NCBI RefSeq assembly: GCF_009914755.1 | Contig: NC_060929.1 | Strand: one strand, 5' to 3' | DNA: 64,000 nucleotides | From: the human T2T-CHM13v2.0 reference genome, Homo sapiens | Shown: in pieces, positions 52,482 through 64,000 of the stretch | How positions within the stretch are numbered: position 1 is the first letter of the stretch | Layout: the number at the start of each line of letters is the position of its first letter | Program-made: the position numbers and the translations under genes | Notes under the pieces: model-generated | The model's database searches: none | What the model saw: only the letters and a program-made list of their open reading frames with translations | What the model was told of the DNA's origin: nothing

Positions 52482-55400
52482 CATTCTCAGAAGGTTCTTT
52501 GTGATGTGTGCGTTCAACTCACAGACTTGAAACTTTCTTTTGATAGAGCAGTGTTGAAACACACTTTTTGTAGAATCCACAAGTATTCGTTTGGAGCGCT
52601 TTGTTGCCTATGTGGGAAAAAGGAATATCTTCACTTAAAAACTAGACAGAAGCATTCTCTGAAACTCCTCTGTGAAGTGTGTGTTCAATTCACATCGTTG
52701 AACCTTTCTTTTGATAGAGCAGTGTTGAAACATACTTTTTGTAGAATCTGCAAGTGTCCATTTCGAGTTCTTTTGTGCGTATGTTGGAAAAAGTGATATC
52801 TTCACCTGAAAAATAGACAGAAGCATTCCAGAAACTGCTTCGTAACATGTGCATTCACCTCACAGTGTTGCACCTTCCTTTTGAGAGAGCGGTTTTAAAA
52901 CAGTCTTTTTGTAGTATCTGCAAGTGGATATTTGCAGGGATTTGAGGCCGAAGAAGGAAAAGGAAATACCTTCAAATAAAAAACTAGACGGAAGCATTTT
53001 CGGAAACTACCTTGTGATGTGTGCATTCAACTCACAGAGTTGAACCTTCCTTTTGAGAGAGAAGTTTTGAAACAGTCTTTTTGTAGTATTTGCAAGTGGA
53101 TATTTGGAGCGATTTGCGGAGTATGGTGGAAAATGAAATATCTTCACATACAAACTAGACAGAAGCATTCTCAGAAACTGCTTTGTGATGTGTGCATTTA
53201 AGTCACAGACTTGAAACTTCCTTTATGTAGAGCAGTGTTGAAACACACTTTTTGTATAATCTACATGTGTTCTTTGGAGTGCTTTGCTGCCTATGTTGGA
53301 AAAAGAAATATCTTCACATAAAAACTAGACAGAAGCATTCTCAGAAACTCCTTTGTGATGGGTTTGTTCAATTCACATTGTTGAACCTTTCTTTTGATAC
53401 AGCAGTGTTGAAACAAACATTTTGTAGAATCTGCAAGGGTTCATTTCAAATGCTTTGTGGCCTAAGTTGGAAAAAGTGATATCTTCACCTAAAAAATAGA
53501 CAGAAGCATTCTCAGGAACTGCTTTGTAATATGTGCATTCAACTCACAGAGTTGAACCTTCCTTTTGAGAGAGCGGTTTTGAAACAGTCTTTTTGTAGTA
53601 TCTGCAAGTGGATATTTGGAGCGATTTGAGGTCTAAGAAGGAAAAGGAAGTACCTTCAAATAAAAACTAGACAGAAGCTTTCTCAGAAACTGCTTTGTGA
53701 TGTGCGCATTTAACTCAAAGTCTTGATCCTTACTTTTGTTAGAGCAGTGTTGAAACACACTTTTTGTAGAACCTGGTAGTGTTCATTTGGAGAGACTTTT
53801 TGCCTATGGTGGAAAAAGGATTATCTTCTCTTAAAAACTAGACAGAAGCATTCTTAGAAACTGCTTTGTGATGTGTGCATTCAACTCACAGAGTTGAACC
53901 TTCCATTTGAGAGAGCAGTGTTGAAACAGTCTTTTTGTAGTATCTGCAAGTGGATATTTGGAGCGATTTGAGGCCTATGATGGAAAAGGAAATATCTTCA
54001 CATACAAACTAGACAGAAGCATTCTCAGAAACTGCTTTGTGATGTGTGCATTCAACCCACAGAGTTGAACCTTCCTTTTGAGAGAGCAGTGTTGAAATGG
54101 TCTTTTGTAGTATCTGCAAGTGGATATTTGGAGCGATTTGAGGCCTATGATGGAAAAGGAAATATCTTCACATACAAACTAGACAGAAGCATTCTCAGAA
54201 ACTGCTTTGTGATGTTTGCATTCAACTCACAGAGTTGAACCTTCCTTTTGAGAGAGAAGTTTTGAAACAGTCTTTTTGTAGTATTTGCAAGTGGATATTT
54301 GGAGCGATTTGTGGAGTATGGTGGAAAATGAAATATCTTCACATACAAACTAGACAGAAACATTGTCAGAAACTGCTTTGTGATGTGTGCATTTAAGTCA
54401 CAGACTTGAAACTTCCTTTAGGTAGAGCAGTGTTGAAACACACTTTTTGTATTATCTACAATTGTTCTTTGGAGTGCTTTGTTGCCTATGTTGGAGAAAG
54501 AAATATCTTCACATAAAAACTAGACAGAAGCATTCTTAGAAACTCCTTTGTGATGGGTGTGTTCAATTCACATTGTTGAACCTTTCTTTTGATACAGCAG
54601 TGTTGAAACAAACATTTTGTAGAATCTGCAAGTGTTCATTTCAAATGCTTTGTGGCCTATGTTGGAAAAAGTGATATATTCACCTAAGAAATAGACAAAA
54701 GCATTCTCAGGAACTGCTTTGTAATATGTGCATTCAACTCACAGAGTTGAACCTTCCTTTTGAGAGAGCGGTTTTGAAACAGTCTTTTTGTAGTATCTGC
54801 AAGTGGATATTTGGAGCGATTTGAGGTCTAAGAAGGAAAAGGAAGTACCTTCAAATAAAAACTAGACAGAAGCTTTCTCAGAAACTGCTTTGTGATGTGC
54901 GCATTTAACTCAAAGTCTTGATCCTTACTTTTGTTAGAGCAGTGTTGAAACACACTTTTTGTAGAAACTGGTAGTGTTCATTTGGAGAGATTTGTTGCCT
55001 ATGGTGGAAAAAGGATTATCTTCTCTTAAAAACTAGACAGAAGCATTCTTAGAAACTGCTTTGTGATGTGGGTGTTCAATTCACAGAGTTGAAACTTTCC
55101 TTTGACAGAGCAGGTTTGAAACACTGCTTCTGTAGAATCTGCTTGTGGATATTGGGAGCTCCTTGAGGAATACGTTGTAAAAGGCATATCTTCAGATACA
55201 AACTAGACAGAAGCATTCTCAGAAACTGCTTTGTGATGTGTGCATTCAACTCACAGAGTTGAACCTTCCATTTGAGAGAGCAGTGTTGAAACAGTCTTTT
55301 TGTAGTATCTTCAAGTGGATATTTGGAACGATTTGAGGCCTATGATGGAAAAGGAAATATCTTCACATACAAACTAGACAGAAGCAATCTCAGAAACTGC

Positions 55401-56234
55401 TTTGTGATGTGTGCATTCAACCCACAGAGTTGAACCTTCCTTTTGAGAGAGCAGTGTTGAAACGGTCTTTTGTAGTATCTGCAAGTGGATATTTGGAGCG
55501 ATTTGAGGCCTAGGATGGAAAAGGAAATATCTTCACATACAAACTAGACAGAAGCATTCTCAGAAACTGCTTTGTGATGTGTGCATTCAACCGACAGATT
55601 TGAACTTTCCTTTTGAAGGGGAGGTTTTGAAACAGTCTTTTTGTAGTATCTGCAAGTGGATATTTGTGGTGACTTGGGGCCTCAGGTGGAAAAGGAAATA
55701 CCTTCACATAGAAAGTAGACAGAAGTATTCTCAGAAACTCCATTGTGGTGTGTGCACTCAACTCACAGAGTTGAACCTTCCTTTTGAGAGAGCATTTTTG
55801 AAACAGTCTTTTTGTAACGTCTGCAGGTGGATATTTGGAGCGATTCGTGTAGTATGATGGAAAAGGAAATATCTTCACATACAAACTAAACAGAAGCATT
55901 CTCAGAAACTTCTTGTGATGTGTGCATTCACCTAACAGAGTGGAACCGTTCTTTTGATAGAGCAGTTTTGAATCAGTCTTTTGGTAGGACCTGCAAGTTT
56001 TCATTTGGAGCGCTTTGAAGCCCATGGTGGAATAGGGACTATCTTCACAAAAAACTAGGTAGAAGCCTTCTCAGGAACTACATTGAGATGTGTGCATTCA
56101 ACTAACAGAGTTGAAACTGTCTTTTGACAGAGGAGGAATGAAACACTCCTTTTGTAGTATCTGATTGTGTATATTTGGAACTCTTTGAGTTATTCGTTGG
56201 AAACGGGTATCTTCACATAAAAAGTAGACCCAAG
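52482..56234 (+). repeat. 22-mer HOR variant (m1-m8, m9/10 hybrid, m11, re-entry at m4, m5-m15), 3753 bp
   Basis: The cattcttag head joins an m10 body at ~53849. After m11 the sequence returns to an m4 body (gagagagaagtttt...tttgtggagtatgg) at ~54190. The same variant restarts at 61351 and is truncated by the window end. Confidence 0.87.
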
Positions 56235-59200
56235 CATTCTCGGAAGGTTCTTTGTGATGTGTGCGTTCAACTCACAGACTTGAAACTTTCTTTTGATAGA
56301 GCAGTGTTGAAACACAGTTTTTGTAGAATCCACAAGTATTCATTTGGAGCGCTTTGTTGCCTATGTGGGAAAAAGGAATATCTTCACTTAAAAACTAGAC
56401 AGAAGCATTCTCTGAAACTCCTCTGTGAAGTGTGTGTTCAATTCACATCGTTGAACCTTTCTTTTGATGGAGCAGTGTTCAAACATACTTTTTGTAGAAT
56501 CTGCAAGTGTCCATTTCGAGTTCTTTTGTGCGTATGTTGGAAAAAGTGATATCTTCACCTGAAAAATAGACAGAAGCATTCCAGAAACTGCTTTGTAACA
56601 TGTGCATTCAACTCACAGTGTTGAACCTTCCTTTTGAGAGAGCGGTTTTGAAACGGTCTTTTTGTAGTATCCGCAAGTGGATATTTGCAGTGATTTGAGG
56701 CCGAAGAAGGAAAAGGAAATACCTTCAAATAAAAAACTAGACGGAAGCATTTTCGGAAACTGCCTTGTGATGTGTGCATTCAACTCACAGAGTTGAACCT
56801 TCCTTTTGAGAGAGAAGTTTTGAAACAGTCTTTTTGTAGTATTTGCAAGTGGATATTTGGAGCGATTTGTGGAGTATGTTGGAAAATGAAATATCTTCAC
56901 ATACAAACTAGACAGAAGCATTCTCAGAAACTGCTTTGTGATGTGTGCATTTAAGTCACAGACTTGAAACTTCCTTTAGGTAGAGCAGTGTTGAAACACA
57001 GTTTTTGTATAATCTACAAGTGTTCTTTGGAGTGCTTTGTTGCCTATGTTGGAAAAAGAACTATCTTCACATAAAAACTAGACAGAAGCATTCTCAAAAA
57101 CTCCTTTGTGATGGGTGTGTTCAATTCACATTGTTGAACCTTTCTTTTGATACAGCAGTGTTGAAACAAACATTTTGTAGAATCTGCAAGTGTTCATTTC
57201 AAATGCTTTGTGGCCTATGTTGGAAAAAGTGATATCTTCACCTAAAAAATAGACAGAAGCATTCTCAGGAACTGCTTTGTAATATGTGCATTCAACTCAC
57301 AGAGTTGAACCTTCCTTTTGAGAGAGCGGTTTTGAAACAGTCTTTTTGTAGTATCTTCAAGTGGATATTTGGAGCGATTTGAGGTCTAAGAAGGAAAAGG
57401 AAGTACCTTCAAATAAAAACTAGACAGAAGCTTTCTCAGAAACTGCTTGGTGATGTGCACATTTAACTCAAAGTCTTGATCCTTACTTTTGTTAGAGCAG
57501 TGTTGAAACACACTTTTTGTAGAACCTGGTAGTGTTCATTTGGAGAGATTTGTTGCCTATGGTGGAAAAAGGATTATCTTCTCTTAAAAACTAGACAGAA
57601 GCATTCTTAGAAACTGCTTTGTGATGTGTGTGTTCAATTCACAGAGTGGAAACTTTCCTTTGACAGAGCAGGTTTGAAACTCTGCTTCTGTAGCATCTGC
57701 TTGTGGATATTGGGAGCTCCTTGAGGAATACGTTGTAAAAGGCATATCTTCACATACAAACTAGACAGAAGCATTCTCAGAAACTGCTTTGTGATGTGTG
57801 CATTCAACTCACAGAGTTGAACCTTCCATTTGAGAGAGCAGTGTTGAAACAGTCTTTTTGTAGTATCTTCAAGTGGATATTTGGAGCGATTTGAGGCCTA
57901 TGATGGAAAAGGAAATATCTTCACATACAAACTAGACAGAAGCATTCTCAGAAACTGCTTTGTGATGTGTGCATTCAACCCACAGAGTTGAACCTTCCTT
58001 TTGAGAGAGCAGTGTTGAAACGGTCTTTTGTAGTATCTGCAAGTGGATATTTGGAGCGATTTGAGGTCTATGATGGAAAAGGAAATATCTTCACATACAA
58101 ACTAGACGGAAGCATTCTCAGAAACTGCTTTGTGATGTGTGCATTCAACCGACAGATTTGAACTTTCCTTTGGAGAGGGAGGTTTTGAAACAGTCTTTTT
58201 ATAGTATCTGCAAGTGGATATTTGTAGTGACTTGGGGCCTCAGGTGGAAAAGGAAATACCTTCACATACAAAGTAGACAGAAGTATTCTCAGAAACTCCA
58301 TTGTGATGTGTGCACTCAACTCACAGAGTTGAACCTTCCTTTTGAGAGAGCAGTTTTGAAACAGTCTTTTTGTAACGTCTGCAGGTGGATATTTGGAGCG
58401 ATTCGTGTAGTATGATGGAAAAGGAAATATCTTCACATACAAACTAAACAGAAGCATTCTCAGAAACTTCTTGTGATGTGTGCATTCACCTAACAGAGTG
58501 GAACCGTTCTTTTGATAGAGCAGTTTTGAATCAGTCTTTTGGTAGGACCTGCAAGTTTTCATTTGGAGCGCTTTGAAGCCCATGGTGGAAAAGGGACTAT
58601 CTTCACAAAAAACTAGGCAGAAGCCTTCTCAGGAACTTCATTGAGATGTGTGCATTCAACTAACAGAGTTGAAACTGTCTTTTGACAGAGGAGGAATGAA
58701 ACACTCCTTTTGTAGTATCTGATTGTGTATATTTGGAACTCTTTGAGTTATTCGTTGGAAACGGGTATCTTCACATAAAAAGTAGACCCAAGCATTCTCA
58801 GAAGGTCCTTTGTGATGTGTGCGTTCAACTCACAGACTTGAAACTTTCTTTTGATAGAGCAGTGTTGAAACACAGTTTTTGTAGAATCCACAAGTATTCA
58901 TTTGGAGCGCTTTGTTGCCTATGTGGGAAAAAGGAATATCTTCACTTAAAAACTAGACAGAAGCATTCTCTGAAACTCCTCTGTGAAGTGTGTGTTCAAT
59001 TCACATCGTTGAACCTTTCTTTTGATGGAGCAGTGTTGAAACATACTTTTTGTAGAATCTGCAAGTGTCCATTTCGAGTTCTTTTGTGCGTATGTTGGAA
59101 AAAGTGATATCTTCACCTGAAAAATAGACAGAAGCATTCCAGAAACTGCTTTGTAACATGTGCATTCAACTCACAGTGTTGAACCTTCCTTTTGAGAGAG

Positions 59201-62200
59201 CGGTTTTGAAACAGTCTTTTTGTAGTATCTGCAAGTGGATATTTGCAGTGATTTGAGGCCGAAGAAGGAAAAGGAAATACCTTCAAATAAAAAACTAGAC
59301 GGAAGCATTTTCGGAAACTGCCTTGTGATGTGTGCATTCAACTCACAGAGTTGAACCTTCCTTTTGAGAGAGAAGTTTTGAAACAGTCTTTTTGTAGTAT
59401 TTGCAAGTGGATATTTGGAGTGATTTGTGGAGTATGGTGGAAAATGAAATATCTTCACATACAAACTAGACAGAAGCATTCTCAGAAACTGCTTTGTGAT
59501 GTGTGCATTTAAGTCACAGACTTGAAACTTCCTTTAGGTAGAGCAGTGTTGAAACACACTTTTTGTATAATCTACAAGTGTTCTTTGGAGTGCTTTGTTG
59601 CCTATGTTGGAAAAAGAACTATCTTCACATAGAAACTAGACAGAAGCATTCTGAGAAACTCCTTTGTGATGGGTGTGTTCAATTCACATTGTTGAACCTT
59701 TCTTTTGATACAGCAGTGTTGAAACAAACATTTTGTAGAATCTGCAAGTGTTCATTTCAAATGCTTTGTGGCCTATGTTGGAAAAAGTGATATCTTCACC
59801 TAAAAAATAGACAGAAGCATTCTCAGGAACTGCTTTGTAATATGTGCATTCAACTCACAGAGTTGAACCTTCCTTTTGAGAGAGCGGTTTTGAAACAGTC
59901 TTTTTGTAGTATCTGCAAGTGGATATTTGGAGCGATTTGAGGTCTAAGAAGGAAAAGGAAGTACCTTCAAATTAAAACTAGACAGAAGCTTTCTCAGAAA
60001 CTGCTTTGTGATGTGTGCATTTAACTCAAAGTCTTGATCCTTACTTTTGTTAGAGCAGTGTTGAAACACACTTTTTGTAGAACCTGGTAGTGTTCATTTG
60101 GAGAGATTTGTTGCCTATGGTGGAAAAAGGATTATCTTCTCTTAAAAACTAGACAGAAGCATTCTTAGAAACTGCTTTGTGATGTGTGTGTTCAATTCAC
60201 AGAGTTGAAACTTTCCTTTGACAGAGCAGGTTTGAAACACTGCTTCTGTAGAATCTGCTTGTGGATATTGGGAGCTCCTTGAGGAATACGTTGTAAAAGG
60301 CATATCTTCACATACAAACTAGACAGAAGCATTCTCAGAAACTGCTTTGTGATGTGTGCATTCAACTCACAGAGTTGAACCTTCCATTTGAGAGAGCAGT
60401 GTTGAAACAGTCTTTTTGTAGTATCTTCAAGTGGATATTTGGAGCGATTTGAGGCCTATGATGGAAAAGGAAATATCTTCACATACAAACTAGACAGAAG
60501 CATTCTCAGAAACTGCTTTGTGATGTGTGCATTCAACCCACAGAGTTGAACCTTCCTTTTGAGAGAGCAGTGTTGAAACGGTCTTTTGTAGTATCTGCAA
60601 GTGGATATTTGGAGCGATTTGAGGCCTATGATGGAAAAGGAAATATCTTCACATACAAACTAGACAGAAGCATTCTCAGAAACTGCTTTGTGATGTGTGC
60701 ATTCAACCGACAGATTTGAACTTTCCTTTTGAGAGGGAGGGTTTGAAACAGTCTTTTTGTAGTATCTGCAAGTGGATATTTGTAGTGACTTGGGGCCTCA
60801 GGTGGAAAAGGAAATACCTTCACATACAAAGTAGACAGAAGTATTCTCAGAAACTCCATTGTGATGTGTGCACTCAACTCACAGAGTTGAACCTTCCTTT
60901 TGAGAGAGGAGTTTTGAAACAGTCTTTTTGTAACGTCTGCAGGTGGATATTTGGAGCGATTCGAGTACTATGATGGAAAAGGAAATATCTTCACATACAA
61001 ACTAAACTGAAGCATTCTCAGAAACTTCTTGTGATGTGTGCATTCACCTAACAGAGTGGAACCGTTCTTTTGATAGAGCAGTTTTGAATCAGTCTTTTGG
61101 TAGGACCTGCAAGTTTTCATTTGGAGCGCTTTGAAGCCCATGGTGGAAAAGGGACTATCTTCACAAAAAACTAGGCAGAAGCCTTCTCAGGAACTTCATT
61201 GAGATGTGTGCATTCAACTAACAGAGTTGAAACTGTCTTTTGACAGAGGAGGAATGAAACACTCCTTTTGTAGTATCTGATTGTGTATATTTGGAACTCT
61301 TTGAGTTATTCGTTGGAAACGGGTATCTTCACATAAAAAGTAGACCCAAGCATTCTCAGAAGGTTCTTTGTGATGTGTGCGTTCAACTCACAGACTTGAA
61401 ACTTTCTTTTGATAGAGCAGTGTTGAAACACACTTTTTGTAGAATCCACAAGTATTCGTTTGGAGCGCTTTGTTGCCTATGTGGGAAAAAGGAATATCTT
61501 CACTTAAAAACTAGACAGAAGCATTCTCTGAAACTCCTCTGTGAAGTGTGTGTTCAATTCACATCGTTGAACCTTTCTTTTGATAGAGCAGTGTTGAAAC
61601 ATACTTTTTGTAGAATCTGCAAGTGTCCATTTCGAGTTCTTTTGTGCGTATGTTGGAAAAAGTGATATCTTCACCTGAAAAATAGACAGAAGCATTCCAG
61701 AAACTGCTTCGTAACATGTGCATTCACCTCACAGTGTTGCACCTTCCTTTTGAGAGAGCGGTTTTAAAACAGTCTTTTTGTAGTATCTGCAAGTGGATAT
61801 TTGCAGGGATTTGAGGCCGAAGAAGGAAAAGGAAATACCTTCAAATAAAAAACTAGACGGAAGCATTTTCGGAAACTACCTTGTGATGTGTGCATTCAAC
61901 TCACAGAGTTGAACCTTCCTTTTGAGAGAGAAGTTTTGAAACAGTCTTTTTGTAGTATTTGCAAGTGGATATTTGGAGCGATTTGCGGAGTATGGTGGAA
62001 AATGAAATATCTTCACATACAAACTAGACAGAAGCATTCTCAGAAACTGCTTTGTGATGTGTGCATTTAAGTCACAGACTTGAAACTTCCTTTATGTAGA
62101 GCAGTGTTGAAACACACTTTTTGTATAATCTACATGTGTTCTTTGGAGTGCTTTGCTGCCTATGTTGGAAAAAGAAATATCTTCACATAAAAACTAGACA

Positions 62201-64000
62201 GAAGCATTCTCAGAAACTCCTTTGTGATGGGTTTGTTCAATTCACATTGTTGAACCTTTCTTTTGATACAGCAGTGTTGAAACAAACATTTTGTAGAATC
62301 TGCAAGGGTTCATTTCAAATGCTTTGTGGCCTAAGTTGGAAAAAGTGATATCTTCACCTAAAAAATAGACAGAAGCATTCTCAGGAACTGCTTTGTAATA
62401 TGTGCATTCAACTCACAGAGTTGAACCTTCCTTTTGAGAGAGCGGTTTTGAAACAGTCTTTTTGTAGTATCTGCAAGTGGATATTTGGAGCGATTTGAGG
62501 TCTAAGAAGGAAAAGGAAGTACCTTCAAATAAAAACTAGACAGAAGCTTTCTCAGAAACTGCTTTGTGATGTGCGCATTTAACTCAAAGTCTTGATCCTT
62601 ACTTTTGTTAGAGCAGTGTTGAAACACACTTTTTGTAGAACCTGGTAGTGTTCATTTGGAGAGACTTTTTGCCTATGGTGGAAAAAGGATTATCTTCTCT
62701 TAAAAACTAGACAGAAGCATTCTTAGAAACTGCTTTGTGATGTGTGCATTCAACTCACAGAGTTGAACCTTCCATTTGAGAGAGCAGTGTTGAAACAGTC
62801 TTTTTGTAGTATCTGCAAGTGGATATTTGGAGCGATTTGAGGCCTATGATGGAAAAGGAAATATCTTCACATACAAACTAGACAGAAGCATTCTCAGAAA
62901 CTGCTTTGTGATGTGTGCATTCAACCCACAGAGTTGAACCTTCCTTTTGAGAGAGCAGTGTTGAAATGGTCTTTTGTAGTATCTGCAAGTGGATATTTGG
63001 AGCGATTTGAGGCCTATGATGGAAAAGGAAATATCTTCACATACAAACTAGACAGAAGCATTCTCAGAAACTGCTTTGTGATGTTTGCATTCAACTCACA
63101 GAGTTGAACCTTCCTTTTGAGAGAGAAGTTTTGAAACAGTCTTTTTGTAGTATTTGCAAGTGGATATTTGGAGCGATTTGTGGAGTATGGTGGAAAATGA
63201 AATATCTTCACATACAAACTAGACAGAAACATTGTCAGAAACTGCTTTGTGATGTGTGCATTTAAGTCACAGACTTGAAACTTCCTTTAGGTAGAGCAGT
63301 GTTGAAACACACTTTTTGTATTATCTACAATTGTTCTTTGGAGTGCTTTGTTGCCTATGTTGGAGAAAGAAATATCTTCACATAAAAACTAGACAGAAGC
63401 ATTCTTAGAAACTCCTTTGTGATGGGTGTGTTCAATTCACATTGTTGAACCTTTCTTTTGATACAGCAGTGTTGAAACAAACATTTTGTAGAATCTGCAA
63501 GTGTTCATTTCAAATGCTTTGTGGCCTATGTTGGAAAAAGTGATATATTCACCTAAGAAATAGACAAAAGCATTCTCAGGAACTGCTTTGTAATATGTGC
63601 ATTCAACTCACAGAGTTGAACCTTCCTTTTGAGAGAGCGGTTTTGAAACAGTCTTTTTGTAGTATCTGCAAGTGGATATTTGGAGCGATTTGAGGTCTAA
63701 GAAGGAAAAGGAAGTACCTTCAAATAAAAACTAGACAGAAGCTTTCTCAGAAACTGCTTTGTGATGTGCGCATTTAACTCAAAGTCTTGATCCTTACTTT
63801 TGTTAGAGCAGTGTTGAAACACACTTTTTGTAGAAACTGGTAGTGTTCATTTGGAGAGATTTGTTGCCTATGGTGGAAAAAGGATTATCTTCTCTTAAAA
63901 ACTAGACAGAAGCATTCTTAGAAACTGCTTTGTGATGTGGGTGTTCAATTCACAGAGTTGAAACTTTCCTTTGACAGAGCAGGTTTGAAACACTGCTTCT

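Larger units (their letters stand above)
27412..64000 (+). repeat. Homogeneous alpha satellite HOR array, canonical 15-mer of 2558 bp, SF5-like (irregular A/B order); runs off the right end of the window
   Basis: The m1 anchor (cattctcagaaggttc) recurs at 28773, 31331, 33890, 35769, 38326, 40202, 42590, 44978, 47366, 49924, 52482, 56235, 58793 and 61351. Spacings are 2558, 2559, 1879, 2557, 1876, 2388, 2388, 2388, 2558, 2558, 3753, 2558 and 2558. Identical ORF translations recur at the same spacings. The SF5 assignment is inferred. Confidence 0.95.

Noticed and set aside
25568-63232. Recurrent Cys/His-rich ORFs of up to 171 aa (e.g. MELFELF..., ...KHSQKLLCDVCIQ...) that resemble zinc fingers or a tandem gene family
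   Set aside because: They recur exactly at HOR periods on both strands with a 57-aa (171-bp) internal period. They lack true C2H2 spacing and linkers, and are broken by random stops and frameshifts.
27412-64000. CRISPR-like pattern of conserved repeats (aaactagacagaagcattctcagaaact) with variable intervening sequence
   Set aside because: The intervening segments are homologous ~140-bp monomer bodies rather than unique spacers. There are no cas genes, and the DNA is primate satellite.
27412-64000. Assignment to a named array, chromosome or species, or to the active centromere
   Set aside because: This cannot be established by eye and needs BLAST or HMM comparison with T2T CenSat HOR models. 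The low CENP-B box density argues against a typical live SF1-SF3 array but does not prove inactivity.

Overview
The whole window is primate (hominoid-type) centromeric alpha satellite. I see no genes, RNA genes, CRISPR arrays or transposons, and every ORF in the track is a by-product of the ~171-bp repeat. There are three zones. (1) Bases 1 to ~25244 are divergent monomeric alpha satellite on the minus strand (relative to the conventional CATTCTCAGAAAC orientation), with mostly 172-bp monomers, no CENP-B boxes and several fossil multi-monomer duplications. (2) A sharp strand switch at ~25244 is followed by ~2 kb of degenerate plus-strand monomers that look like a relic of the HOR progenitor. 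(3) From ~27412 to 64000 is a highly homogeneous plus-strand higher-order repeat (HOR). Its canonical unit is 15 monomers (2558 bp) with a single intact CENP-B box, consistent with an SF5-like, probably inactive array (inference). The HOR contains 11-, 14- and 22-monomer variants and nested tandem duplications of ~2.4, ~4.4 and 8.87 kb. I found no evidence of a new coding system; the interest lies in array architecture and DNA-repair scars. Monomer labels m1-m15 are my own (m1 starts at 28773), all alignments were done by eye, and I cannot assign a chromosome or species.
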